Shown: piece after piece, positions 24,593-37,254 of the stretch | Position numbering within the stretch: the stretch's first letter is position 1 | How the letters are laid out: every line of letters begins with the position of its first letter | Assembly (NCBI GenBank): GCA_964016885.1 | Contig: OZ024740.1 | Location: 437,472,001 to 437,536,000 of the forward strand | Direction: 5' to 3' | Source: Eledone cirrhosa | Lineage: Eukaryota | DNA length: 64,000 bases | The notes under the pieces: generated by a model | Databases searched by the model: none | What the model was told of the DNA's origin: nothing | Seen by the model: the letters and a program-made list of their open reading frames with translations, nothing else | Translations under genes and position numbers: made by a program

Positions 24593-25725
24593 ATCATCAT
24601 CATCATTTTACGTCCATTTTTCCACGCTAGCATGGGTTAGATGAGTTGTCCTGCTGTGGGCAATGCTAGGTCAGGTGACCATGTCTTGCTCGTACAGAAC
24701 TGATTTCAGCTTGGTTTCTACAGCTAGGTGCTCCTAATGCCAACCTCATTTAGTGAGAACTGGGTGCTTTTTGTTGTGACACCAACAACCATTTTACAGT
24801 GTGGACTGGGTGCTTTTTGTCGTGACACCAAGACAACCATTTTACAGTGTGGACTGGGTGCTTTTTGTCGTGACACCAACAACCATTTTACAGTGTGGAC
24901 TGGGTGCTTTTTGTCGTGACACCAAGACAACCATTTTACAGTGTGGACTGGGTGCTTTTTGTCGTGACACCAACAACCATTTTACAGTGTGGACTGGGTG
25001 CTTTTTGTCGTGACACCAACAACCATTTTACAGTGTAGACTGGGTGCTTTTTGTTGTGACACCAACAACCATTTTACAGTGTGGACTGGGTGCTTTTTGT
25101 CGTGACACCAACAACCATTTTACAGTGTGGACTGGGTGCTTTTTGTCGTGACACCAACAACCATTTTACAGTGTGGACTGGGTGCTTTTTGTTGTGACAC
25201 CAACAACCATTTTACAGTGTGAACTGGGTGCTTTTTGTCGTGACACCAACAACCATTTTACAGTGTAGACTGGGTGCTTTTTGTCGTGACACCAACAACC
25301 GTTTTACAGTGTGGACTGGGTGCTTTTTGTCGTGACACCAACAACCATTTTACAGTGTGGACTGGGTCTTTTTGTCGTGACACCAACAACCATTTTACAG
25401 TGTGGACTGGGTGCTTTTTGTCGTGACACCAACAACCATTTTACAGTGTGGACTGGGTGCTTTTTGTCGTGACACCAACAACCATTTTACAGTGTGGACT
25501 GGGTGCTTTTTGTCGTGACACCAAGACAACCATTTTACAGTGTGGACTGGGTGCTTTTTGTCGTGACACCAAGACAACCATTTTACAGTGTGGACTGGGT
25601 GCTTTTTGTCGTGACACCAAGACAACCATTTTACAGTGTGGACTGGGTGCTTTTTGTCGTGACACCAAGACAACCATTTTACAGTGTGAACTGGGTGCTT
25701 TTTGCCATCACAACCACTTTACATG
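24593..25725 (-). mobile_element. RTE/SINE 3' tail whose internal module has expanded into a 43/46-bp minisatellite (~24760-25720)
   Basis: (CAT)n-TTTTACGTCCATTTTTCCACGCTAGCATGG reverse tail, then about 22 copies of CTGGGTGCTTTTTGTCGTGACACCAA(GA)CAACCATTTTACAGTGTGGA. Confidence 0.9.
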
Positions 25726-25761
25726 TACATGGATGTGTATGTGTGTGTGTGTATATATAAA

Positions 25762-26005
25762 GTGGATGCGTGCGTTCTGGTGGTAAGGGTGTTAGACTTA
25801 TGATCATAATGTCGTGGGTTTGATTCCTAAACTGTGTTGTGTTCTTGAGCAAAACACTTCATTTCACATTGTTGAAAATGAGTACCTGCAATAGCTGAGG
25901 GTTTAACCCTGCAATGAACTGGCATTCAATCCTAGGGAAGTCCTGTACTCTGTTGCTTAAAGCCATAAAAAGTGGGATAAACACTGGCCTGATGAACCTC
26001 GAGAC
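25762..26005 (+). mobile_element. Diverged tRNA/CORE SINE
   Basis: TGGTGGTAAGG A-box-like, GGTTTGATTCC B-box-like, TTCTTGAGCAAAACACTTCATTTCACATTG CORE-like segment. Confidence 0.6.
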
Positions 26006-26057
26006 TTAAGATATTTATATATATAATAAATATATATGTATTATATATATATAAATG

Positions 26058-26808
26058 AAATGAAAGGCAGACTGTATGATGCGTGTATCCGAACAACAAT
26101 GTTGCATGGTAGTGAGACCTGGGCACTGAAGGTGGAAGACTTACGTAGATTAGAGAGAAACGAAGCCTGCATGCTCCGGTGGATGTGTAATAGTAATATA
26201 CACGACCGACAAAGCATAAATGAATTGAGAGAGAGACTGAGCATAAGAGGAATCAAATGCTGTGTGCAGGAGAGGCGGTTGCGTTGGTATGGACATATGA
26301 TGCGTATGAAGGATGACAGCTGCATAAAAAGGTGCAGAGCACTAGAAGTCATTGGAAACCCAATTACACCTCTCCAAGGCGATGACACACGACCGTGACC
26401 TCTGGCGTCACGCAGTAATACAGAGTACCCGACCTCCCATGGGTACAAGCTGAAGCATATAGACAATATGCCCCCACACCCTCCCACTGCAAGGTGGTCG
26501 TGGAGGTGCCAGAGCAAAAAAGCACCCAGCCCACACTGTAAAGTGGACATGTAGGCGCCACGAAAAAGCATCCAGCCCACACTGTAAAGTGGACGTGTAG
26601 GCGCCACGAAAAAGCACCCAACACTCACTGTAAATGAGGTTGGTGTTAGGAAGGGCATCCAGCTGTAGAAATCAAGCCAAATCAGTTCCTGTATGAGCAA
26701 GGCATGGTCAGCCGACCAGACACTGCCCACGACAGGACAACCCGTATAACCCATGCTAGCGTAGAAGAACGGACGTAAAACGGTGATGATGATGATGATG
26801 ATGATGAT
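26058..26808 (+). mobile_element. RTE subfamily A 3' fragment with a small internal deletion
   Basis: MKGRLYDACIRTTMLHGSETW...RRLRWYGHMMRM; 3'UTR and (GAT)n tail as at 14180-14475. Confidence 0.93.
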
Positions 26809-26854
26809 AGGTTTTTGATATGAAATGTTATATATGTATATATATATATATATA

Positions 26855-27310
26855 TACGATATTAAATAAATGGAAACTATATTTATAAAACCATATTTAT
26901 TTCACTATATATATTTCAGGGATATCATATTAACAATATGCTATGCCTTCCTCAGACAAAATACAATATAAACAGTTTTATAGATAAATAGATTTGACAT
27001 ACCGTACAACATCGACTTGTATTTGAAAAGTTGAACTGCCAATTCAACTTTTCAAATACAAGTCGATGTTGTACGGTATGTCAAATCTATTTATCTATAA
27101 AACTGTTTATATTGTATTTTGTCTGAGGAAGGCATAGCATATTGTTAATATGATATCCCTGAAATATATATAGTGAAATAAATATGGTTTTATAAATATA
27201 GTTTCCATTTATTTAATATCGTAAATATACTCCAAATACTTGTCGAGTGCTTTTATATCAGTTATAAATATTTACTAGTTGTAACCCAACAATTTAAATA
27301 TAACTTTCCA
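26855..27310. mobile_element. Penelope-like remnant: 181-bp palindrome arms (26855-27035 and 27043-27223, 7-nt loop) with 3' extension
   Basis: Arms read as exact reverse complements; hammerhead core in each; flanked by (TA)n on both sides. Confidence 0.78.
27115..27180 (+). ncRNA. Type-I hammerhead ribozyme motif (mirror copy on the - strand at ~26898-26963)
   Basis: Stem I TATTTTGT/GTGAAATA (G-U rich); CTGAGGA; stem II AGG..CATATT/AATATG..CCT; GAAA; palindromic stem III ATATATAT; AUA triplet. Confidence 0.6.
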
Positions 27311-27489
27311 TATATATATATATATATATATAAAGTAAATTATGAAATGTTGACTTATACCGCTCTTGTTTATAAATTCACTCCAGAGTTAACAGACCCT
27401 TTTGTGGACTTCGTTGAGTGTTCTACCCTGCATACCGAAGTGTTGGTGTTAAACTAACACATAATCTGATCAATATTATACATATATAT

Positions 27490-28125
27490 AATCATCATTG
27501 TTTAATGTCCATCTTCCATGCTAGCATGGGTTAGACGGTTTTGTTCCATTTGATGCAGGATTAGTCAGGAGACTGTGTCTCGCTCGTACAGAAGTATTTC
27601 TGGCAGGTTTTCTACAGCTGGATGCCCTTCCTAACACCAACCACTTTTACCATGTCTCCTACACGACCACTTTACAGAGTGGACTGGGGGCTTTTTGTTG
27701 TGTCACCGACACAGTGGACAGAAATGGGGGGATGAGGTAGGGTGTGTGGGGTGAGGTGTATAGTGGGTTAAGGGGTGCTTACTGACTGTAGGTTTGTATG
27801 CAAGGGAAGGCGGTTCTTCTGTACAACTGCATGGCACCAAACATCTCAATCCAGTGACATTGTCTTAGAGAGGTGTAGGTGAGCAAGGTCAGTTTTTATC
27901 ACCTCGCCCCAGGTTTTTTTTTGGTCTACCCACTCCGTAGCTTCCATCAATTTTCATTGCTCTGCACTTTTTTATATAGCTGTCATCCTTCATATGCATC
28001 ACATGGCCATACCAACGCAATCTCCTCTCCAGAACACATTTATACCTCTTATGCTTAGTCTCTCTCTCTCAATTTGTTTATGCTTCGCTGTTCGTGCACA
28101 TTACTATTACACATCCATCGGAGCA
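27490..28125 (-). mobile_element. Decayed RTE 3' fragment, antisense
   Basis: Reverse complement of LRWMCNSN...RRLRWYGHVMHMKDDS coding sequence plus 3'UTR and tail. Confidence 0.85.
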
Positions 28126-30361
28126 AAAGACACATGCACACACATATATATACCTTAATATTTTAAGTATTCTCTGAATACTTTGTAAAATTATATAAAT
28201 ACTTTCTCGAATTATAAACTTAAGTTGGACCACTTGTAATATAATACATTATATTTTCTGTTAATACATTATATATTTCTACATATGTCATCTATATAGT
28301 TATCCCCGTCTTATCTATTCCTTTCTCTTATTCCCTCCTCTAAGAATTTAATTATCATCACAGCATTCTTAACAATATATTAACAACTTTGATTTTTATC
28401 TAAAATTGTAACTGATTTCTGTTAGAGGAGCCGATAGCTGTAGCTTAAATTATCATCTTTAGATCTACACTAAAATAAAGAACTTTTAAAGAGTAAATTG
28501 CAGATTACTATCTTTGTCTGTTGTGCATTTTTTTTTACAGCATTTATTTCAAGATATATATCAAACACCCTCTAAAGGCTTTTCTTATTTTCAATTCTCT
28601 TGGTGTATTTGCTAAAAATGACACATTACATACAATAATCTGCTAATTTTTGAAGAAAACAAAGTTTGCTGTTTTGTATAAGATTTATCCTTTTATTCTT
28701 TTAATAGTTTCAGTCATAAAATTGTGGCCTCGGTGGGACACTGCCTTCATGAGTTTTGGTAATTGACTGCAATACATAGTTTATTGACCTCTGGAAGATG
28801 ACAGGCAATCTGACTTGGTATAGAGCAGTGCTGGTGACTAAGTCCCCATGAAGTATAACTGGGTAGTGTGGAAGGTAGCCAGACCAGGAGCAGGACAACT
28901 CCAAACACATCTCACTGCCTGTGTAGAAAGAAACAAAACCTAAGAGAATCTACCACAACAGTAAATCAGGTCAGAAGAGGGCATGGGGGAAACTGATCCT
29001 AAGAAGAGAACATGAAGACACAACAAATGGTCCAATGTGTGGAGAAGAGTGGTGGTTGTGTCTAGGGCTCCTGACCCTCAACAGGTTTATAATCTGTAGT
29101 TGTGTCACATGTCAAATCTAATCAATTTTTACAAATATTTAGCTGAGAAGTATTTTGAGGTATTTGAGATCGGGAAATTGTACGGATAATTAGACATATG
29201 TTGAATAACACGGGATATGATATTTAATTATTTAATAAATTCATTAATTTTGTATCACTAACAAAACATGTGTCATGATAAATTTCATTTCTAAATTTGA
29301 AAAGTTTGAAAATCTATGGAATAGAGAATGTTTTAATTTAGAGTAATTTCACATGAAGAGAGCAAAATATAAGAGAGCAGAATATTTTATAGAAATTATG
29401 TGAAATTAACATTTATAAATTGTGAAAGTCAGGGTTTGTATTATAAAATGTAGAATATAATCAGAAGTGGATAAGTTATGAAACACCTGACTGCTTCCTG
29501 AATCATCAGTTCTTATTCCACTACAGGTGTCAGGTGTCACCTTGTCTCAAGTGTCACCTTGTCTCAGGTGTCACCTTGTCTCAAGTGTCAGTTGCCCTGC
29601 TGTGTCACCTTGTCCTCCAACTTATTTCATCCCAGGTGATAAAATTATAAGATCTGAAAGTTATGTGTGATGTGTGTAGCATCATATTTAACAGTAGCAA
29701 AAGTCAACCATCCAAATGTTTTGTAATAAGTGTGTTTGTGTGTGTTTATATATAAACTATAATAAAGTAAGGAGTGTGTGACTGCATACAGTTTATTTCT
29801 TTTAATCCCATTAGTAAAATAAGTTGGATTACTTTGAATAAATAATGAATGAATATTACATAATTTATCTACTAAATTTCATAGCTGTTGATTAAATATA
29901 TTTTGTTTATTTTAAGATTCACTTCTTTGAAATATTCAAATGTCAACATTTCCGGTTAACGATCGCTTAAATAAACATTCATATATTTCCGTCAATAATT
30001 TTCTCCTAATGCAGTTTATATATAATATCGTCTTTTTTAATGTATCATGGATTACGTTACTGAGTACATAAGACAGTGTAACGCAGTCTTCGTTCAATTT
30101 CCGTGTATATTGTCAATTACGATTTTATTTGATGTATCATATCTACATGTATATATACTTGCGTATAATATCAATATACACACTACACATGCTAGCAGAA
30201 AACCACCTGAAGGGTGTTTTTTTTCTGCTAGTATAAAGAGAGACAGAGAGAGATTTAAGGAAAAATCTCCGAAATTGTATGACTTCATGTGAATTATAAC
30301 CCAGATTTATTTGGTGAATTGAAGGGGCCTTAAAATGTAAATGTCTTTATATAAATGGATG

Positions 30362-30557
30362 TAATAATTGTTTCTACATTTGGCACAAGGCCAGCAATTA
30401 TCCCAATGTGTTACTGGTACTTTATTTTATCGACCCCATAAGGATGAAAGGCAAAGTTAACCTCGGCGGGAATTTGAACTCAGACCATAAAGGGCCGTAA
30501 CTCTTTGCTGGAAAGCATGGCGTCCGCCCCTCTACTGATACTGGCAATCCACCACCC
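30362..30557 (-). mobile_element. SINE family S2, full length
   Basis: Reverse complement of 5420-5606. Confidence 0.87.
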
Positions 30558-30837
30558 TTTGGATGTAATAATAAATGAATGAAAGTATGAATGGATATAT
30601 GAATGCCTAGAACAGTTATTAGTGTCAGATAACACTGATTGTTTGGCACTACCAATAATAATTTCAGGTAGAAAGATTAGCAGGTAAGTTTACATTGTAA
30701 CGACTGTCAGAAACAGTTTTCTGAGAGACCATGGCTACCTGTATATGTAGAGAAATTACTGTATATGTAGAGAATTAACTTTATTTTCTAGTATTTGTAA
30801 TAAGTGAAATAGGAGAGCAAGTGTTAGATGTAATGTT

Positions 30838-31920
30838 TTATGTTCTGTGTTGCGTTCTATGTTGTGTGTTCTGCGTTCTATGTGGTATGTTGTATGTACT
30901 ATGTTCTGTGTTCTATGTGGTATGTTGTATGTACTATGTTCTGCGTTCTATGTGGTATGTTGTATGTACTATGTTCTGTGTTCTGTGTGGTATGTTGTAT
31001 GTACTATGTTCTGCGTTCTATGTGGTATGTTGTATGTACTATGTTCTGTGTTCTATGTGGTATGTTGTATGTACTATGTTCTGTGTTCTATGTGGTATGT
31101 TGTATGTACTATGTTCTGTGTTCTGTGTGGTATGTTGTATGTACTATGTTCTGCGTTCTATGTGGTATGTTGTATGTACTATGTTCTGCGTTCTATGTGG
31201 TATGTTGTATGTACTATGTTCTGTGTTCTATGTGGTATGTTGTATGTTCTGTGTTCTATGTGGTATGTTGTATGTACTATGTTCTGCGTTCTATGTGGTA
31301 TGTTGTATGTACTATGTTCTGCGTTCTATGTGGTATGTTGTATGTACTATGTTCTGTGTTCTATGTGGTATGTTGTATGTTCTGTGTTCTATGTGGTATG
31401 TTGTATGTACTATGTTCTGCGTTCTATGTGGTATGTACTATGTTCTGTGTTCTATGTGGTATGTTGTATGTACTATGTTCTGCGTTCTATGTGGTATGTT
31501 CTGTGTTCTATGTGGTATGTTGTATGTTCTGTGTTCTATGTGGTATGTTGTATGTACTATGTTCTGCGTTCTATGTGGTATGTTGTATGTACTATGTTCT
31601 GCGTTCTATGTGGTATGTTGTATGTACTATGTTCTGCGTTCTATGTGGTATGTTGTATGTACTATGTTCTGTGTTCTATGTGGTATGTTGTATGTACTAT
31701 GTTCTGCGTTCTATGTGGTATGTACTATGTTCTGTGTTCTATGTTCTGTGTGGTATGCTGTATGTGGTGTGTTCTGTGTCGTGTGTTCTGTGTGGTGTGT
31801 TCTGTGTGGTATGTTCTGTGTGGTGTGTTCTGTGTGGTGTGTGGTATGTTCTGTGTCATGTGTTCTGTGTCGTGTGTGGTATGTTCTGTGTCGGGTGTTC
31901 TGTGCTCTATGGTGTATGCT
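30838..31920. repeat. 35-bp minisatellite (TATGTGGTATGTTGTATGTACTATGTTCTGYGTTC), decaying rightwards
   Basis: Tandem copies; open in all three + frames only because the unit lacks stop codons. Confidence 0.95.
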
Positions 31921-32090
31921 GGTAGAGAGAATGAGAGACTGTAATTGTATAGAAAGAGTGAAAGCAGAATTGGTGAAATATAAACTAGGACTAAACTATG
32001 ACATTTCTGATTGAGGAACATTGATTCCTGCCTCATCTCCTGTTGATCTAATAGCACAGAAGGGGAAAATACATGTGAATATATATATGT

Positions 32091-33170
32091 GCTAGCATGT
32101 GTTAGACGAGCTGTCCTGTTGTGGGCAGTAGCCGGTCAGCTGACCTTGTCTTGCTCATACGGGAATTGATTCTGGCTTGATTTCTACAGATGGATACCCT
32201 TCGTAACACCAACCTCATTAACAATGAGTGCTGGGTGCTTTTTTCCATGGCGCCTACACATCCACTTTGCAGTGGGAGGGGCATATTGTCAATATGCTTC
32301 AGCTTCGGCTTGTACCCGTGGGGGGTCAGGTCTTCTGTATTACTGCGTGACGCCAGAGGTCACGGTCATGTGTCATCGCCTTTGAGAGGTCTAATTGGGT
32401 AAGGTCGGCTTTTATCACCTCATCCCAGGTCTTCTTGGGTCTCCCCACTCCGCGGTTTCCATCTACTTCTAGTACTCTGCACCTTTTTATGCAGCTGTCA
32501 TCCTTCATATGCATCACATGTCCATACCAACGCAACCTCTCCTGCACACAGCATTTGATTCCTCTTATGCTCAGTCTCTATCTCAATTCATTTATGCTTT
32601 GCCGTTCGTAGTACTATTACACATCCATCGGAGCATACAGGCTTCGTGTCTTTCTAATCTACGCAAGTCTTACACAGACAGCATCCAGGTCTCACTACCA
32701 TCTAACATTGCTGTTCGTATACACACATCATACAGTTTGCCTTTCATTTTGAGGGAAAAGCCTTTTGCAGCTAGCAGTGGCAGTAGCTCCCTGAACTTCT
32801 TCCATCCCGTTCTTACCCTAGTTATTGTACTTACCGAACACCCACCTCCGCTGCTAATTCAGTCACCTAGGTAGCAGAAGCTGTCTACTGTTTCTACAGA
32901 GCTCTCCCAGAGATTGGTGGTACTTGTTTCCTGTGGCTGTTTGCTGCCCCAGCACAGCTGCTACATGTGAAGCCTACATTCTTAGTTAAGCTTCCTGAGA
33001 TCCCGCTACATCTCTTGTGTACCCATTGTTTGCATTTGGGACAGAGGATTCTACCTACACCTTTCCTACATACTGAGCAAGGCCATTTCCCTGAGGGGAT
33101 CTGGGTTCTGTTTTCTCGTCTTCTTACAAGAACCTTAGTCTTTGTCAGGTTGACTTTGAGACCCTTTCTT
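32091..33170 (-). mobile_element. RTE subfamily A fragment, antisense, lacking its own terminal tail
   Basis: Reverse complement of the PHD-like region, RVRTGWKKFRELLPLL, RLRWYGHVMHM and the 3'UTR up to GCTAGC. Confidence 0.92.
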
Positions 33171-33322
33171 ATATATATATATATGTGCTAGCGTGGAAGA
33201 TAGACGTTAAACGATGATGATGATGATATATATACACAAAGAGAGAGAGAGGGAGGGAGAGATGTATAAAAACACATAAACAACATTTTTCAAATAAGGT
33301 AACTTTGTATTTTAATATTCTA

Positions 33323-33886
33323 CTAGACCACCCGTGACCCGTTGGGTCATGGTCACTTAAAAATAATTTTAAAATAATTAAAATATAAACAGACATGTAT
33401 ATAATGTGAAGTGAAACTGGAAGACCCATATATATATATGTGCGTGTGTGTGTATGTATATATATAAATGTGTGTGTGTGTGTGTATGTATAGGTATGTG
33501 TGTGTGTGTGTGTGTGTGTGCATATATATGTGGGTGTCTGATCTATATACACTGGTCATAGACACACACATATACATATATATATACACAACAATACCAC
33601 TAGCTCTCTTCCTTTCTCTGTCTCCTCTCTCTCCCTCCCTCTTTCAATCTACTCTGTTACAACCACTATCTTTTCCTCTCTAATCCCCCCCCCCCTTGTT
33701 TATATAGGTACCCGGAAAAACCCTGTATCTCGGGAACCCCTGGTCCGATTTACGCGAGATTTGTTTTATTCCATTTGTATTCCCATTTCAGGGGCAACTT
33801 TCTTTCAAAGTATTCTTCCATTATGTGCCCTTTTGGCTGTATTACATTACAGGCAAGCAATCACAGACGTTTTAGTAGTATATAGA
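33323..33886 (-). mobile_element. Non-autonomous Helitron (~564 bp)
   Basis: On the - strand: 5' TCTATATACTACTAAAA..., 3' hairpin CCATGACCC-AAC-GGGTCACGG five nt before terminal CTAG; inserted between A and T with no TSD. Confidence 0.8.
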
Positions 33887-34148
33887 TGAAACTGTATGTA
33901 TTTGTGCAGTGGTTGTTGATGTGTTGTTGGGTGGTATCTGAAAAAACTGGAGATATTTGCACTAATAAACAGGGTGGTATCTGTATGTATCTGGAAAGAC
34001 TGTGGACACATTTGCACTAATAAACAACATAGCATTACTCATATCCGATTCTCTCTTCATAGTTGCAATGATGTATACAAAGAAATAAACATTCATATTT
34101 TTATATACACTCATACACACACACACATATATATATATACAGATATAT

Positions 34149-34179
<31 letters not shown>

Positions 34180-35789
34180 GATAGATAGATATATAGATAT
34201 ATGCACACGCACACTCACACAGACAACACACATACGTATATATATATATATGTGTATATATATATATATATACACACGCACACATCCATTTTCTGAAACC
34301 AAAGCACAAATTGCAGTGTGTTTAGATTTGGTTTTTCTCCCTCTTTCTACTTTTATTACTTGTGTGTGTACATATGTATCCAAGTGTGTGTATATGTTTG
34401 TGTGTACATATGTATGTAAGTGTGTGTATATGTTTGTGTGTGTATATATTTTGTGTGTGTACATATGTATGTGTGTGTACATATGTATGTAAGTGTGTGT
34501 ATATGTTTGTGTGTGTATATATTTTGTGTGTGTACATATGTATGTGTGTGTATATGTTTGTGTGTGTACATATGTATGTAAGTGTGTGTATATGTTTGTG
34601 TGTGTACTGCCTGATTACTGATCAATACTGGACTCCTGGAGAAAAGATCCAGGTATTGATGAAATCTCCTGTTGCTCTGTCTGCCTGTTAGCTAAGACTA
34701 GTGAGGAATGTTCTCTCACTCTCTCTCTCCCTCTCTCTATCCCACTCTCTCTCCCTATTTCTCTCCCCATCTCTCTCCCCCTCCCCATCTCTCTGCAGAC
34801 CACCCTCAGTGTTTCCTCCCAGTTGCTAGAGAACAACACTCTCATCCTATTTTCTCTTTGTTTTTCTTTGTTATTCACCTCTTCCTGTCACCCCTTTCTC
34901 TTTATCACTGTCACTCTTACTCTCTCTCTCTCTCTCACTTACTGTGTCTCTCTCTCTCTCTATTTTCTCCTCCCTCTTTCCGCACCCACTTTTCATTCTC
35001 TTTCTAAAATGACAAGCCATCATTTCAAGCTATGGCTAGGGATCAATGCAATAGGGCTTCCTATGAAAGGGGACATGTAGCTACTTCCCACACATACCCT
35101 TGGGTAATAAATATGATTGGAAAAAAGTCACTTTTTCCCCCCTCTACATTTATTTATTTATTTATTTTTCCTGTCAGTTGTCCTCTTTTCTTTATTTTTG
35201 TTTATTTTATATTTTAGCTTTTATTTATTTTATTCTGTTTTCTGCTGGGCAGGCATTTTTGGTAGTGAATTTCCAATGCTGCAACTCACATATATGCACA
35301 GACATATACAAATGTACATACTAACTAGAATAATGTATACAATTAGATAGAGTTGTTTTCTTTATTTAAAAATAAATAAACAAGATTGTATATAGGAATA
35401 TATTACCATTTTTGTTTATAATTTTATTTTATTGGCATAGTCTCTAGATACCTGTGTTGAAATATATACATAATATATCTATAAATTTTCATTCTAGTGA
35501 TTTTTGAGATACAGTCATAAATATGACCCCAACAAGAACAGCAACACCAAGTCCAGAATATCTCATTTGGTGATAAATTAGTTTGAAGCATGTATTTGCT
35601 AAATATATACACTTATGTAACTTTAGTGAAGTGAATATAACTAATATACATGTATATTTGCTGTGAACTATAGTCAGATATGGACTCTGTTCTTACAGGC
35701 TGTCTATGTAATAGCATCCGTTTAGAATTGACATCCTTGTGTTTTATATGACGTGACTAAAAAAGTTGGCACACCAAAGAGTATCTAGC

Positions 35790-36445
35790 CATATTAGGAA
35801 TAAGAGGGATCAGATGCTGTTTACTCGAGAGAAGACTACGTTGGTATGGTCACGTGATGCGTATGAAAGACGACAGCTGTATAAAAAAAGTGCAGGGTGA
35901 TCAAAATAGACGGTAGCTACGGAGTAGGCAGACCCAGAAAAACCTGGGACGACTTGATAAATTCCGACCTTGCACCTCGCACACTTGCACCTCTCTAAGA
36001 CAATGTCACTGGACCGAGATCTTTGGCACTACACAGTAATACAGAAGACCCGCCTTGCCTAAGTACAAAGCGAAACCTAGTCAGTAGGCACCTCTTAACC
36101 AAAATACACCCCCATCCCACTACCTTTACCCCCACCCCATCTACACCACCCCTTTCGATGTAAAGTTATGTTGGTACCACAACATCCAGTCCTAAATAAA
36201 TGAGGTCGTGTAGGTGTCACAAGAAAAAAAACAGTCCACGCTGTAATGTGGCCATGTAGGTAACACGGTAAAAACCTCCATCCACACTGTAAACATGGTT
36301 GGTGTTAGGAAGGGCATCCAACCGTAGAAAACCTGCCAGACAGTCCTATACGAGCAAGACAACCAATCTTGCCTCAAGTGGGACAATTCCCGTTCAAACT
36401 CATGCTAGCATTGAAGATAGACGTTAAACGATGATGATGATGATG
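35790..36445 (+). mobile_element. RTE subfamily C 3' fragment
   Basis: LGIRGIRCCLLERRLRWYGHVMRMKDDS; 3'UTR matches 60560-60932; (GAT)n tail. Confidence 0.9.
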
Positions 36446-37254
36446 AAACCATTTCCTCAAAAAGGAGTCATGATGGGTTTAAGTCTGACCCATAAGACTA
36501 TCCCTTCCTTCAGCATGGAAAATGTCTTAAACCTTTTTCTTACCATATTTCTAATGAAAGACCTTGTTTTTGAGTTCCAATAATGAAGAATATGAAAGAA
36601 TTGCGTAATATAACTAAGCTTTTCGTTAATTAGCTGCTGTTTGGAAGATAATCTAACAAAGATTTTTACAAATGATGAAAGGTGTTTAGATAAATATAAA
36701 ATCTTCAATTAAACAGTTTTGTATCATAAAAGCAAAGGTGGGTTGGTATCAATAGGGTTAGAATGCTTCTTGTTGTCGTAGTTATAAGTATGACTTCAAC
36801 AAGTACATCAACACCAACTTCAAGATATTTCATTCATTTGCTGATAAATTAGTTCAAAACATTTATTCACTCTATATATATATATGGTTTTTATCGTATT
36901 CGACTTATAATGTCTGTATAAATTCATTTATTTTTCTTTGCCTCCCAAAGACATCTAGACTTACTCAGAGTCCAACTTATCTATCTCACATCCCCGCCAC
37001 CACACACCACCATAGACTTACTGACCAAGCAAACCACGACATACCTTCATCCATCACCCACGGCAACAAAGGCTACTACTAGTTATCTTTCTTAACCATC
37101 CTCCTCTCAAGAAATCTCTATCGTTGACCATGGATGAATTGAAGATGAACAACTTTGAATGAATATGAACCTACACGTTTCCAGGCGACCATGCGAATCC
37201 TTAATTCAGATACAGAAAACATACACCCACCCCCTACTCCGTTGACGTCAAACT

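Noticed and set aside
30821-32014. Three overlapping 360-400 aa Cys-rich ORFs
   Set aside because: A stop-free 35-bp minisatellite read in three frames.
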